From contig JAYTOU010000020.1 in assembly GCA_043747615.1 (NCBI GenBank), positions 1 through 54,539 of the forward strand: 54,539 bases of DNA, in the 5' to 3' direction. Below are positions 37,811-48,204 of this stretch, in pieces. This stretch comes from Myxococcales bacterium (GTDB lineage: Bacteria; Myxococcota_A; Polyangia; Polyangiales; Polyangiaceae). The notes under the pieces were generated by a model, which was not told the DNA's origin, did not search any database, and worked only from the letters and a program-made list of their open reading frames with translations. The position numbers were made by a program, and so were the translations under genes. Within the stretch, counting starts at the first letter, position 1. Every line of letters starts with the position of its first letter.

Positions 37811-39601
37811 TCAGAACCAGGCGTCCAGGGCTCGCGCGTACGAGTCCTCCTCCGATTGGCAAAGAAGCGCTAGCTGGGCTACGCGAGGGAGCTCGGTCTT
37901 GATCCAATATTGGGCCGCACACAACTTTCCTTCGTAGAATTCAGGGTCGCTCGTGCCGCGAGAGAGAGCCTCTTTCGCAATCGTCGCCTGCCACAGCCAC
38001 AACCAGGCCACGACCACGATCGCGGAGAGGGCTAGGAAATCCGTGCTGTGGCGCATCATGCGATCGACGTCGCCCTGCGCGCCGAGGGCTCCAAGATGCA
38101 CTGTGACCTCTCCGAGAACGCGCATCGAATCACGAAGCGCCGACGTCCACTCGGGGTCGATTCCCGCTCTCGATGCGCGGGCGATCGCCACCTCGGTCTC
38201 CTCGAGCAAGATCTGAACGGGCGCGCCTCCCTCGGCGACGATCCGGCGGCCGAGAAGATCGAGCCCTTGAATGCCGGTCGTCCCTTCGTGAATGCTGTTG
38301 AGCTTTTGATCGCGCAGCCACGACTCCGGGAGCTGCTCACTCGAGTAACCGTAGCCACCGTGGATCTGGACCGCGAGGGCGTTCGATTCGAACCCCCACT
38401 CCGCGGGAAAGCTCTTGGCGATCGGCGTGAGCGCGTCGAGAAGGACGGACGAACGCTTGCGTAGCTCTGCATCTAGGGCGTGCTCCGCGAGGTCGGCCTG
38501 CTTGGCCGTGAACGCGACGAGCGCGAGACCGCCTTCCACGATCGCCTTCTGCCGAAGGAGCATGCGACGTACGTCGGCGTGCTCGATGATCGCGATCTGA
38601 GGGTGGCTCGGATCTCTTGCGGTGAGCGGGCGACCTTGGGTGCGCGTGCGCGCGTAGGCGAGGGACTCTTGGTAGGCAACCGACGCCGTCGCGACGCCGT
38701 TGACCCCCACCATGATCCGCGCCTCGTTCATCATCTGGAACATGTAGTGGATCCCCTTGTGTCGTTCGCCGACGAGCCACCCCCGGCAGTCTCCGCCATC
38801 GCCGAACGACAGAGCGAGGCTGGGAAGGCCGCGCCAACCGATTTTGTGAATGAGGCCGGCAACGTGGACGTCGTTCGACACGAGCGCGCCAGCCTCCAGC
38901 CTCCGCTTGGGCACCGCGAAGAGCGAGACTCCCCTCATGCCGGCCGGGCCACCCTCGATGCGCGCGAGGGTCATGTGCACGATGTTCTCGGTAAGATCGT
39001 GATCGCCCCCCGAGATGAAGATTTTCGAGCCCACGATCGAGTACGAGCCGTCGTCTCGCTCGCTCGCGCGGGTCGTGACGTCGGCGAGGCTGCTGCCGGC
39101 ATGCGGTTCGGTGAGGGCCATCGTGCCCGTCCACTCGCCTGCGTAGAGGCGATCCATCATGGCGCGCTTCACGGCCTCGTCTCCGAAGGCCTCAATCAAA
39201 TGCGCCGCTCCCGTGGTCAGGCCCGCGTAGCCATATGCGCTCAAGTTTGCCGCCATGAGGTACGCGTGCGCGAGGGTGGCAACGGTGAACGGGAGCTGCT
39301 GCCCTCCAACGCTTGCCGGGCGTGTGGCGTTCACGATTCCCAGCGCGACGAGCTGCGGCCAGATCGCCTTCATCGACGGATGGGTGACCACCGCGCCGCG
39401 CTCGATTCGCGCGGGAGCTTCGTCCATCGGTTTGTACGCGGGAAAGAGCACCTCGCGGGCGAGGCGACGCACGCTGCGCAAGTAAAGATCGAACGTATCG
39501 CGCGAGTGCTCGGCGAACGCGGGCAGCGCCGTCAACTCAGGCGCATCGAGCATCTCGTAGAGAAGGAAATCGACGTCGCGGTCCCGAAGAAGAGCGTTCA
39601 T
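37811..39601 (-). CDS. Acyl-CoA dehydrogenase (long form)
   Basis: [44 protein letters not shown]. Confidence 0.93.
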   Translation of the reverse strand: MNALLRDRDVDFLLYEMLDAPELTALPAFAEHSRDTFDLYLRSVRRLAREVLFPAYKPMDEAPARIERGAVVTHPSMKAIWPQLVALGIVNATRPASVGGQQLPFTVATLAHAYLMAANLSAYGYAGLTTGAAHLIEAFGDEAVKRAMMDRLYAGEWTGTMALTEPHAGSSLADVTTRASERDDGSYSIVGSKIFISGGDHDLTENIVHMTLARIEGGPAGMRGVSLFAVPKRRLEAGALVSNDVHVAGLIHKIGWRGLPSLALSFGDGGDCRGWLVGERHKGIHYMFQMMNEARIMVGVNGVATASVAYQESLAYARTRTQGRPLTARDPSHPQIAIIEHADVRRMLLRQKAIVEGGLALVAFTAKQADLAEHALDAELRKRSSVLLDALTPIAKSFPAEWGFESNALAVQIHGGYGYSSEQLPESWLRDQKLNSIHEGTTGIQGLDLLGRRIVAEGGAPVQILLEETEVAIARASRAGIDPEWTSALRDSMRVLGEVTVHLGALGAQGDVDRMMRHSTDFLALSAIVVVAWLWLWQATIAKEALSRGTSDPEFYEGKLCAAQYWIKTELPRVAQLALLCQSEEDSYARALDAWF

Positions 39602-39603
39602 TT

Positions 39604-39616
39604 GCAGACAGTCTGC
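39604..39616. promoter_or_regulatory. Palindromic putative operator
   Basis: GCAGAC-A-GTCTGC in the 32-bp gap between divergent genes. Confidence 0.45.
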
Positions 39617-39633
39617 GCCATAGTGACGCCGAC

Positions 39634-40512
39634 GTGGCAACGAGATCGAAGGGCGACGATGTGATTGTGGTCGGTGCGGCGGCGCACCCATTTCGCGACG
39701 CCTATCACTCGGTCCTGCGCATGTCATGGCCGGCCATGCTCTTCGGGATCGCGGGGGCGTTCTTGCTAATGAACCTCCTCTTCGCGTTGGCCTTCGCTTG
39801 GGCTGGGGGCGTCGTGGGCGTAAGACCCGGATCCATCCGCGACGCGTTCTTCTTCAGCGTTCAGACGATGGGGACGATCGGATACGGCTCGATGTATCCC
39901 GTGTCCACTGCGGCCCACGCGATCGTCGTCGCCGAATCGGTGGTCGGGCTGATCTTCACGGCGCTGGCCACGGGCATTATCTTCGCGCGCTTTTCCCAGG
40001 TCACTGGTCGGTTGGTCTTCTCGCGCAAGGCCACCATCTCGCCGATGAACGGCGTTCCCACCCTCGCCTTCCGGATCGGCAACGATCGCGCGAGCACCAT
40101 CTTCGAAGCCCAAGTTCGGGTCGCCATCATTCGCACGGAGAAGACGAGTGAAGGGGTGACCTTCTATCGCCTCTACGACGTCGAGCTCGCGCGCGATCGC
40201 TCCCCCGCCCTCTCCCGCTCGTGGACGGTGATGTCTCCGATCACCGAGAAAAGCCCTCTTTTCAACGCGACGCCCGAGTCCTGCGCGGCCGGCGAGATCG
40301 AGCTCGCGGTCGCCGTGGTGGGCACCGACGACACCTCGCTCCAGCCCGTCCACGCTCGTCACCGCTACCCTCTCGCGGACATCGTGTGGGGCGCGCGGCT
40401 CGCCGACGTGCTCAGCGAACGACCGGATGGTCAGATCCAGCTCGACGTCGGGCGCTTTCACGAGATCGTGGAGACCGCGCCAACGGCAACGTTCCCGTAC
40501 CCCAGCTCCTGA
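39634..40512 (+). CDS. Inward-rectifier potassium channel (KirBac type)
   Basis: [14 protein letters not shown] filter, [20 protein letters not shown]. Confidence 0.92.
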   Translation: MATRSKGDDVIVVGAAAHPFRDAYHSVLRMSWPAMLFGIAGAFLLMNLLFALAFAWAGGVVGVRPGSIRDAFFFSVQTMGTIGYGSMYPVSTAAHAIVVAESVVGLIFTALATGIIFARFSQVTGRLVFSRKATISPMNGVPTLAFRIGNDRASTIFEAQVRVAIIRTEKTSEGVTFYRLYDVELARDRSPALSRSWTVMSPITEKSPLFNATPESCAAGEIELAVAVVGTDDTSLQPVHARHRYPLADIVWGARLADVLSERPDGQIQLDVGRFHEIVETAPTATFPYPSS

Positions 40513-42338
40513 TGGACTTAAGTTGCCGGACGACCCGAATCTTGTTCGAAGCGGCGGAGGCGGAGGGAATCCCGCGGGCGCACCTGGCGTTCGGTCTCGG
40601 ACTTGATCACGCAGCGCTTGGAAACGAGCGCAACACCGTCCCGTGGTCCGCCATGGCGAGGCTCCTCAATCGCCTCTCAGAGCTCGTCGGTCACGACCCC
40701 GACCGCATCCGTAAGGTCGGAGGGCGGGTGATGACCGTGCCTGCGTACGATTTTTTTCTGCCGCAGCTGGCGCGCAACGTCGTCTCGGTTCGCCGCTTGT
40801 GCGAGGCCGGAGCCCGGTGGCTTGCACCTTCGCACTTCCCGCATATCCCTCTGCGCATGGAGTTCTCGTCCGATCGTCGCGTTCGCTGTCGCGGCGAGAT
40901 CCCCGCGCGGTATGCGGAGTGCGCCGCTTTCTTCTACGTCGCGGAAGGGACGATCCGCGAGACTCCGCGGCTGCTCGACCTTCCGAGGGCCGTCATCGAG
41001 GAGAGCACCGTCACCCCGCGAAGCTTCGACACTACGTTTCTCATGCCCCCTTCTCAGTCGCTCTTCGCGCGAGGCAAACGGTCACTCCACGCCGCCCTGA
41101 GGGCGCGCGAGACGGTCGATCTTCTCGAGCGGCAAAAAGTCGAGCTCGAGCGGAGCTTCACGGCTTTCCGGCGGGCGTCGGAGGAATTTCACGCGCTTCT
41201 CGATCGCCTCCCCGACCTGGTGGTCATCCATCGCGAAGGGACGATGCTCTGGGTCAATCGAGCCCTCGTGTCCGCGCTCGGCTACGAGAGCGCTGACGAG
41301 CTCATCGGCCAGCCCATGCCGCTCATCGTGCACGACTCGTCGCGCGCATTCATGATGGAGCGCATGCGAATCCCGGCCGGAGCCGCGGGCCTCCCGGATC
41401 TCACCGAAGCACGGCTGCGAAAGCCCAATGGCGAAGTGTTGACCATCGAGGTCACCCCCACGCAAAACGTCGACTTCGGCGGCGCGCCGGCTCGTCTCGT
41501 GGTGGGTCGCGACGTCACCGAACGCGTGCGGATCCAGCAGCATCTGGTCACTGCCGATCGGCTGGCGTCTCTCGGACTCCTCGCTGCGGGGGTGGCGCAC
41601 GAGATCAACAATCCGCTCGCGTACGTCCTCGGCAACGTAGAAACGATGGGCCGCACCCTCCCCAACGCCGCACGCGACCTCCGCGCGCTCGAAGGCGAAA
41701 GCGATCCCGAGCGGGTGAAACACCACGTGGATGCTGCCCTTCGGACAATCGAACAAGTCTCGGCGATGCAGCGCACGGCGCGCGAGGGCTGCCTGCAAAT
41801 GCGCCTTATCGTCGGCGATCTGAAGACCTTCTGCCGCGCCGACGAAGATGCTCTTGACCTCGTCGATGTGCGCTGGGCGCTCGAGGCGGCCACGAACATC
41901 GCTCGAATGGAAATTGAAAAACGCGCGCGCCTGGTCACCCACTACGCAGACGTGCCGCTCGTGCGAGCGAACGAGTCGCGCCTCGCTCAGGTGTTCCTCA
42001 ATTTGCTAGTGAACGCTGCGCAGGCCATTCCCGAGGGCGATCCGGCGCGAAACGAGGTTTGCATTAACACCAGCGTCGACCCGTTCGGAAGAGTGGTGAT
42101 CGAGATCTCGGACACCGGTCCCGGGATTGCCGCCGACGAGATCGAACGGGTATTCGATCCCTTCTTCACCACGAAGCCCGCGGGCAAGGGCACCGGTCTC
42201 GGCTTGTCCATCTGCCACGGGATCGTCGCCGGGCTGCAAGGAGCGATAGGCGTCACCTCCGCGCCAGGCAACGGGGCTACCTTCCGCGTCACGCTTCCTA
42301 GTGCGCAGCCGAGTCCGCAGGTTCAACTCGAGGACTAG
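40512..42338 (+). CDS. PAS-domain sensor histidine kinase with uncharacterised N-terminal domain
   Basis: AHEINNPL, QVFLNLLVNA, DTGPG, FDPFFTTK, GTGLGL; TGATG overlap with the channel gene. Confidence 0.9.
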   Translation: MDLSCRTTRILFEAAEAEGIPRAHLAFGLGLDHAALGNERNTVPWSAMARLLNRLSELVGHDPDRIRKVGGRVMTVPAYDFFLPQLARNVVSVRRLCEAGARWLAPSHFPHIPLRMEFSSDRRVRCRGEIPARYAECAAFFYVAEGTIRETPRLLDLPRAVIEESTVTPRSFDTTFLMPPSQSLFARGKRSLHAALRARETVDLLERQKVELERSFTAFRRASEEFHALLDRLPDLVVIHREGTMLWVNRALVSALGYESADELIGQPMPLIVHDSSRAFMMERMRIPAGAAGLPDLTEARLRKPNGEVLTIEVTPTQNVDFGGAPARLVVGRDVTERVRIQQHLVTADRLASLGLLAAGVAHEINNPLAYVLGNVETMGRTLPNAARDLRALEGESDPERVKHHVDAALRTIEQVSAMQRTAREGCLQMRLIVGDLKTFCRADEDALDLVDVRWALEAATNIARMEIEKRARLVTHYADVPLVRANESRLAQVFLNLLVNAAQAIPEGDPARNEVCINTSVDPFGRVVIEISDTGPGIAADEIERVFDPFFTTKPAGKGTGLGLSICHGIVAGLQGAIGVTSAPGNGATFRVTLPSAQPSPQVQLED

Positions 42339-42359
42339 ACGTCACATCACTCGAGCACA

Positions 42360-43232
42360 CTAGCTTTCGCGCGTGGGTCGCTGGCGGATCAAGCCTTCTT
42401 GCGCCGTCGATGCGACGAGGCGTCCGTCCTGCGTGAACACGCGACCGCGCACGATGCCGCGCCCGCCATGCGCAGCGGGGCTGTCCATGACGTGAAGGAG
42501 CCACTCGTCCACCCGAAAAGGTTGATGGAACCACATCACGTGATCGAGGCTGGCGACCTGCATGCCCGGCGTGAGCCACGTGACTCCGTGCGGCAGGAGA
42601 GCGGTCGTGATGAACGAGTGGTCCGACGCGTAAGCGAGGAGATACGCGTGCAGCGCCGGATCATCGGGGAGGCGTTCGACGGTGCGGAGCCACACCATTC
42701 GTTGCGGCGCACGCGGCGGAGGCAGAAACGGATCGCCTCCGTCGGCCGGACGCAGCTCGAACGGACGATCGGCCATCGCTCGCTCACGGAGCTGCGCAGG
42801 CAACTTCGACGCGTGCTCACGCGCCCGGTCTTGCTCCGTCGGCAGCGACTCCGGCGGTGGCGCGTCGGGCATTTCGTCTTGATGCTCGAAGCCGCGCTCG
42901 GGCTTTTGGAACGAGGTGGCCAGGTTGAGGATTGCCTTGCCGCCTTGAATGGCGACGACCCGGCGCGTGGTGAACGAGCCGCCGTCGCGAATGCGATCGA
43001 CTTCGTAGACGATGGGCCGCGAAACGTCCCCGGGGCGCAAAAAATAGGCGTTCAGCGAGTGGACGTGGCGCTCAGCCGGCACCGTCTGCGCAGCCGCAGA
43101 CAGCGCTTGGCCGAGAACCTGACCGCCGAAGACCGTGCCCCAACCGAGATCCTGGCTCTGCCCGCGGAACAGGTTCTCTTCGATGCGCTCGAGCGCGAGG
43201 AGCTTTACGAGCTCGTCGAGGACAGTCGACAT
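42360..43232 (-). CDS. tesB: Acyl-CoA thioesterase II
   Basis: VFGGQVLGQAL, HSLNAYFLRPG, LAYASD, ASLDH, QEGLIR. Confidence 0.94.
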   Translation of the reverse strand: MSTVLDELVKLLALERIEENLFRGQSQDLGWGTVFGGQVLGQALSAAAQTVPAERHVHSLNAYFLRPGDVSRPIVYEVDRIRDGGSFTTRRVVAIQGGKAILNLATSFQKPERGFEHQDEMPDAPPPESLPTEQDRAREHASKLPAQLRERAMADRPFELRPADGGDPFLPPPRAPQRMVWLRTVERLPDDPALHAYLLAYASDHSFITTALLPHGVTWLTPGMQVASLDHVMWFHQPFRVDEWLLHVMDSPAAHGGRGIVRGRVFTQDGRLVASTAQEGLIRQRPTRES

Positions 43233-43263
43233 TCGTACGGTCGATCGAAGGAGCGCGCCTTGG

Positions 43264-43959
43264 TCACTTCGGTTTCGCCCAAACGCCGAACGCGTACTTT
43301 CCCTTGCCGACGCCGTCGACCTCGATGTGGAAATCATACGTCGCGTCTTCCGTCATGCACCAGGGCTTGCTGGCCTCGATGATCGCGACGGGGCTCTCCT
43401 GCTTGTCGTCGGCGACGATCGCGCCGTTCGGTTTCTCGACGAGGATGTCGAGGTCTTTGATCCCCGAGTCGGCGACCGCGAAATACCGGTAGCACATGCC
43501 GTTCATCAGGCTGAGGCGGAAGGTGTCGCGCTTGTCGTGCTGGTGGTGGAGGTGACCGACCTGGGGCTTGGCGTACTCCGCGAGGCCGGTCGCAGCTCCG
43601 CACTTGCTGACGATGTTGTCGAAGTCTTTCTGGTGATCGCCGGAGAGGGAGATCGTGCTCCAGCACTCCTTGTCGCCGACCGTGGACTTCGGGAACACAG
43701 GCTTGTTCGTTTTCGTGAAGAGAGCGGCCATCGTGATGGGGGTCTTGGACTCAGCCTTGTCGTCGAGCTCGTCTTGCGCGGGCGAGCCAGCGGCGGGGGC
43801 GGCGGGCATGGCGGGCGTGGCGCTCGCAACCGGCGCGGCTGTAGTCGCGGGAGCTGCGGAGGGGACGCTCGCGACCGGCGGATCCACCGGCTTGGGCGGC
43901 GCACCACCGCACGCGGCGAGGAGAAGGAACGGGAGACCGGCTCGGATGGGTAAACGCAT
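43264..43959 (-). CDS. Lipoprotein, hypothetical
   Basis: LAAC lipobox, Pro/Ala linker, GMCYRYFAV...DLDILV beta domain. Confidence 0.7.
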   Translation of the reverse strand: MRLPIRAGLPFLLLAACGGAPPKPVDPPVASVPSAAPATTAAPVASATPAMPAAPAAGSPAQDELDDKAESKTPITMAALFTKTNKPVFPKSTVGDKECWSTISLSGDHQKDFDNIVSKCGAATGLAEYAKPQVGHLHHQHDKRDTFRLSLMNGMCYRYFAVADSGIKDLDILVEKPNGAIVADDKQESPVAIIEASKPWCMTEDATYDFHIEVDGVGKGKYAFGVWAKPK

Positions 43960-44073
43960 GACACGACGTTAGCTGCGCGTATCCGCGAGCGTCAACCGTG
44001 TCCGAGCGCGAGGGCGCACCGATGGTTTGCAGTGGCCGACCGTAGCGTCGGATTTGTAGCGTAGGCTCTCCCG

Positions 44074-44535
44074 ATGCCGACGATCTTCACGAAGGGCGAT
44101 CTCTTTCACTCCGAAGGGATCCGCGCATACGCGCACGGCTGCAACTGCGCGGGAACCATGGACGCAGGCGTCGCCGTGGCCTTCAAGAAGCGATGGCCGC
44201 GGATGTTCGACGAGTACCGCGCGCTGTGCGACGACGGACGCTTCCGCCTTGGCGACACGTGCGTGTGGACCGACGGCAGCGAGACCGTGTACTGCCTCGC
44301 CATCCAAGAGCACTGGAAGACGAAGGCGAAGCTGCCGGCACTCACCAAATCGCTGACCAAGATGGTGGAGCTCGCTGCGAACGCCGGGATCGATCGCGTC
44401 GGGCTCCCGCGCATCGGGGCTGGGCTCGGCGGCCTCGACTGGACGCGCGTCAAGAACATCGCGAGCGACGTCGGCAAAACGAGCGGGGTCACGCTCGTCG
44501 TCTTCGACCAATTCGTCCGCGTAGCCCCTACCTGA
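44074..44535 (+). CDS. Macro domain protein (TARG1/DarG-like clade)
   Basis: KGDLF, AHGCNC..MDAGVA..FK, PRIGAGLGGLDW. Confidence 0.88.
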   Translation: MPTIFTKGDLFHSEGIRAYAHGCNCAGTMDAGVAVAFKKRWPRMFDEYRALCDDGRFRLGDTCVWTDGSETVYCLAIQEHWKTKAKLPALTKSLTKMVELAANAGIDRVGLPRIGAGLGGLDWTRVKNIASDVGKTSGVTLVVFDQFVRVAPT

Positions 44536-44638
44536 CAGGGACTTCGGCACGGGAACTTTTCGCATCGAGCGTCGTCTACCTCGCCCGCGCGCTCGGTCCC
44601 GAGGAGGAACGATGTGACGTCGCGTTGCGACCGAACGG

Positions 44639-45523
44639 CTACCGGTGGCCGGGGAGTGGTCCGCCCGCGCCGGGGCCCTTGAACATGTCTTCGAGGGTGA
44701 CGATCTTGTAGCCGGCCGGCACCTCGAAGCTCGCGGCGGGCTCGGACTTCTTGTCGATCTTTGTGATCTCGACGCGCCCCTCTTCGACGCCGGCCTTGTC
44801 GAAGGTGACGACGCGAAGCGGGATGTGCTTGCCGTCCATGAGCTCGGACATCCACGCGTACTGGGCGGGCGCGCCGGCGAGCGGAATGTGGAAGAGCGAG
44901 AAGCCTTCCTCGGCGATGCACATCGTCGCCTTCGAGCCCTCGTCGGTGATGTCCCAGAGCTCGCAGGTGTAGCCGGCGACGGTGTCCGTCTTTCCGGTCT
45001 TCGTCACCTTCGGCGGCGGCTTGGTCGGACCCGTCGAGCCCGGGGACTTGCTCGATGCGGTTTGGAGATGCTCGCCGGTTTTGTTGAGGTCGATCATGAT
45101 GGCCTGCTTCTGCTGATCCATCACGGCGTAGGCTTTTTTTCCGGTCGAATCGAAGATGCCGTATATGTGTCCCATCTGCTCGGAGCCTCCGACGCCGGTG
45201 GGGACGTCCGCCCGGATCTTTCCGCTCTTCATCAAGATCGGAAGGTGGAGCGAGTCGGGAGCGCCGGGCTTCGCTGCGCCGTGCTTGCCGCCTGGACTTC
45301 CTTTGACGAGGATGTCGATCTCTCCCTCGAAGCCGTTGAGGAATGCGAGTGGGCCCACTCCGCCTTTTCCTCCGAGCAGGCCATCCGTGGTCGCCGTTGC
45401 GCTACCAGCGTCGTCGCCCCTGCCGAGCGCGGCCTTGAGCTTGCTGCATCCGAGGACCGGAAGCAGCCCGAGGAGACCGACCGAAACGAGGAGCGCCGAG
45501 CGAACCGGAAAGAGCTGTTTCAT
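44639..45523 (-). CDS. Lipoprotein with DUF4412-like domain
   Basis: LGC lipobox; KTGKTDTVAGYTCE, FEVPAGYK. Confidence 0.75.
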   Translation of the reverse strand: MKQLFPVRSALLVSVGLLGLLPVLGCSKLKAALGRGDDAGSATATTDGLLGGKGGVGPLAFLNGFEGEIDILVKGSPGGKHGAAKPGAPDSLHLPILMKSGKIRADVPTGVGGSEQMGHIYGIFDSTGKKAYAVMDQQKQAIMIDLNKTGEHLQTASSKSPGSTGPTKPPPKVTKTGKTDTVAGYTCELWDITDEGSKATMCIAEEGFSLFHIPLAGAPAQYAWMSELMDGKHIPLRVVTFDKAGVEEGRVEITKIDKKSEPAASFEVPAGYKIVTLEDMFKGPGAGGPLPGHR

Positions 45524-45582
45524 GCGCGCGGTTATATCCTATCCCCGCTCCACGGGCATCATCCGGTGCTAGCCTCTCGCCC

Positions 45583-48108
45583 ATGCGCCGTGCCATTTTC
45601 GTCGTCTGGGCTGGGTTGGTGCTTTCTGCTGCCTGCAGCTCGCATGTTCCTGCGGGTCCGACCGCGCCCATCGAGCTGTCGAATGGTCAGGTGTCGGTCA
45701 CCGTCGCCGTAGCGCCGTTCGGCTTGACCGTCCGGAACGCGAGAGGCGAGGTGATCGTGCGCTCCTTCGGGGCGGCGGCACCGGGAAACGATCCGAGCAT
45801 GAGCGCGAACCTCGCCGTCACGCACCGCGCCGTCACGTTCAAGGGCCATCTCATCGAAGGATGGGACTACCAAGACGCGACCTACGACCCATTCGCAGAT
45901 GCGTCGCACGTCACGCACGAGGAGCACACCCCGACGACGGCGAAGCTCGACGTTTCGCAAGGCGCAATCTCGGGCTCGGTGGACATCACCCTCACGGGAG
46001 CGGAAGTCGCGGTCGACATTCGCCTCGGCGGCCCGGCGAATCCCGTCGAGGGCGACGAAGCGATCCCTGGTGCGAACGTCACGAGCATGGCGTTCGCTCT
46101 GCCTGCGGACGAGCATTTTTTCGGTCTCGGCGAGCGGCTCGTCACTGTCGATCACCGCGGTCGAAAATACGAATCGTGGACCGAAGAAGGCGGGGTCGGG
46201 GGCGGAGAGCACGCACCCCCCGGGCCGAGCAACCCGTCGCCGAACGGGCCTCAGATGACCCACAAGCCCATCCCCTTCTTCCTCTCGAGCAAGGGCTACG
46301 CGCTGTGGATGGACACCGGCTATCGAACCGGAACCTCGTTCGGCGCGGAGCTACCGGACGCCTGGCGACTCTATGCGAACGAGCCGGCGCTTCACCTTCA
46401 CCTCTACGTCCACGACGAGCCGAAAGATTCGATCGCCGACTTCACCGCGAAAACAGGGCGCGCGCGCCTGCCTGCGGAATGGGCCTTTGGTCCTCGAATG
46501 CGCCTCGACGCGAACAAGCAGATCAACGGAGTGCCCGAGATCCTCGCTCTCCGACAGCAAGGCGTCCCCTGCACCTCCGCCGACGACGCGACGCATTTTT
46601 TGCCCATTGGATCGCAAGTCGGGCGCGAGGCAGAGCTCACCAAGTGGACGGCGGACCTGCACGCCGCTGGCTACAAAGCGCTCGCTTACTACAATGCCTA
46701 CGTCTCGGTGTCGGACCCGCGGGCGGCAGCCGACGTCGCAGAGGCACGCAAGAACGGCTACTTCGTAAAGAAGCCCGACGGCACGGAGCTCACCGTCCTC
46801 ATGATCAGCGCGGGCGCCCAGACCGTCGCAACGATCGACATGACCAATCCCGACGCCGTGAAGTACTACGAGCGGCTCCTCCAGCGCGGGCTCGACATCG
46901 GCTACGACGGATGGATGCTCGACTTCGGCGAATATTTGCCGGCCAACGCGCGCATGTTCGACGGACGCACCGGGTGGGAGATGCACAATCTCTTCCCCGT
47001 GATCTACCAGAAGGCAACGAGCGACTACCTCCGCAAGGTTCGCGGAGACGACTTCATGTTCTTCGCGCGCGCGGCCTACACCGGTACGCAAGCCGTTTCG
47101 CCGGTGGTGTGGTCCGGGGATCCGGCGGCGAGCTTCGACGACGCGAAAGGACTGCCCGCTCAAGTTCGCGCGGGCATCAACGCGGGCATGTCCGGCCTGC
47201 CGTTTTGGGGCAGCGACGTCTCGGGGTACACCTGCCAGAACGATCCGCCGGCCGACAAGGAAGTGTTCCTCCGCTGGGCTGCCTTCGGCGCGCTCAGCCC
47301 GATCATGGAATACGAGAACGCCTGCTCGGGCACGATGGGCGGCGATAAGTGGACCGTCTGGAGCGACGCCGAGACCACCAAGATTTTCGGTGACTACGCT
47401 CGCCTCCACACCCGACTCTTTCCGTACCTCTATGCCGCCGCAAAAGAGGCCACCCTCACCGGCCTTCCGCTCATGCGGCATCCGTTCCTCGTTCATCCCA
47501 AGAGCGCGGAGGCGTACGCCGTCGATCTCGATTACTACCTTGGCCCCTCGCTCTATGTGGCGCCGGTGGTGCGGCGTGGCGCAACGACGCGCGACGTGTG
47601 GCTGCCGCCTGGCCGATGGGTCGATTGGTTCTCCCTCGACCCGCTCGCCTCGGGCAAGGTTACGCGTGCCGCGCCGAAGCTCGACACGATGCCGCTCTTC
47701 CTGAAATCCGGGGGGATCGTGCCGCTCCTCGATCCGACCATCCAGACCCTCGTGCGCACCGCGACGGATCCCACGGTGGTCACCCTCGATAGCGTAAAGA
47801 GCGTGCTCGACCTGCGGGTCGCTCTCGACGTGTCTGCCAAGGACAGCGCGATCACGCTGACCGACGGCACATCACTCAGCGCGTCACTCGCTCAAGGCGC
47901 TCTCACCCTCCCCGCCGACATCACAGTCGCCGCCACCGAAGCCGAGCTCTCGACCTGCGCGGCGTGTGGAAAGATCGAAGCGCTTCCCTCGGGGGTGCAG
48001 CGGGTTCGCGTTTCGACTTCGGCGAGCACGGTCGCGGTTGGCGCGCTCACGCTTTCCCGCTCGGCCGGTACGCAACGCGTCCGCTGGGACGTAGCCGTTT
48101 TGCCCTGA
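45583..48108 (+). CDS. GH31 glycoside hydrolase lipoprotein
   Basis: AAC lipobox; FFGLGE, WMLDFGE (nucleophile), WSGD (acid/base), GSDVSGY. Confidence 0.92.
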   Translation: MRRAIFVVWAGLVLSAACSSHVPAGPTAPIELSNGQVSVTVAVAPFGLTVRNARGEVIVRSFGAAAPGNDPSMSANLAVTHRAVTFKGHLIEGWDYQDATYDPFADASHVTHEEHTPTTAKLDVSQGAISGSVDITLTGAEVAVDIRLGGPANPVEGDEAIPGANVTSMAFALPADEHFFGLGERLVTVDHRGRKYESWTEEGGVGGGEHAPPGPSNPSPNGPQMTHKPIPFFLSSKGYALWMDTGYRTGTSFGAELPDAWRLYANEPALHLHLYVHDEPKDSIADFTAKTGRARLPAEWAFGPRMRLDANKQINGVPEILALRQQGVPCTSADDATHFLPIGSQVGREAELTKWTADLHAAGYKALAYYNAYVSVSDPRAAADVAEARKNGYFVKKPDGTELTVLMISAGAQTVATIDMTNPDAVKYYERLLQRGLDIGYDGWMLDFGEYLPANARMFDGRTGWEMHNLFPVIYQKATSDYLRKVRGDDFMFFARAAYTGTQAVSPVVWSGDPAASFDDAKGLPAQVRAGINAGMSGLPFWGSDVSGYTCQNDPPADKEVFLRWAAFGALSPIMEYENACSGTMGGDKWTVWSDAETTKIFGDYARLHTRLFPYLYAAAKEATLTGLPLMRHPFLVHPKSAEAYAVDLDYYLGPSLYVAPVVRRGATTRDVWLPPGRWVDWFSLDPLASGKVTRAAPKLDTMPLFLKSGGIVPLLDPTIQTLVRTATDPTVVTLDSVKSVLDLRVALDVSAKDSAITLTDGTSLSASLAQGALTLPADITVAATEAELSTCAACGKIEALPSGVQRVRVSTSASTVAVGALTLSRSAGTQRVRWDVAVLP

Positions 48109-48178
48109 ATGGTCGCGTGACGCGAACTTGAACGCTCGCCTTAGGCCGTCTCGATTCCGGTCAACCGCGAGCCGGTCT

Positions 48179-48204
48179 CCATGACGCGGGTGACGGCGTC
48201 ATGG
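48179..48204. terminator. Hairpin between convergent genes
   Basis: CCATGACGC-8 nt-GCGTCATGG; no U-tract. Confidence 0.3.

Noticed and set aside
45583..48108. Sulfoquinovosidase (YihQ)
   Set aside because: WMLDFGEYLP resembles YihQ, but I could not find the sulfonate-binding R/W segment and no sulfoglycolysis genes are adjacent.
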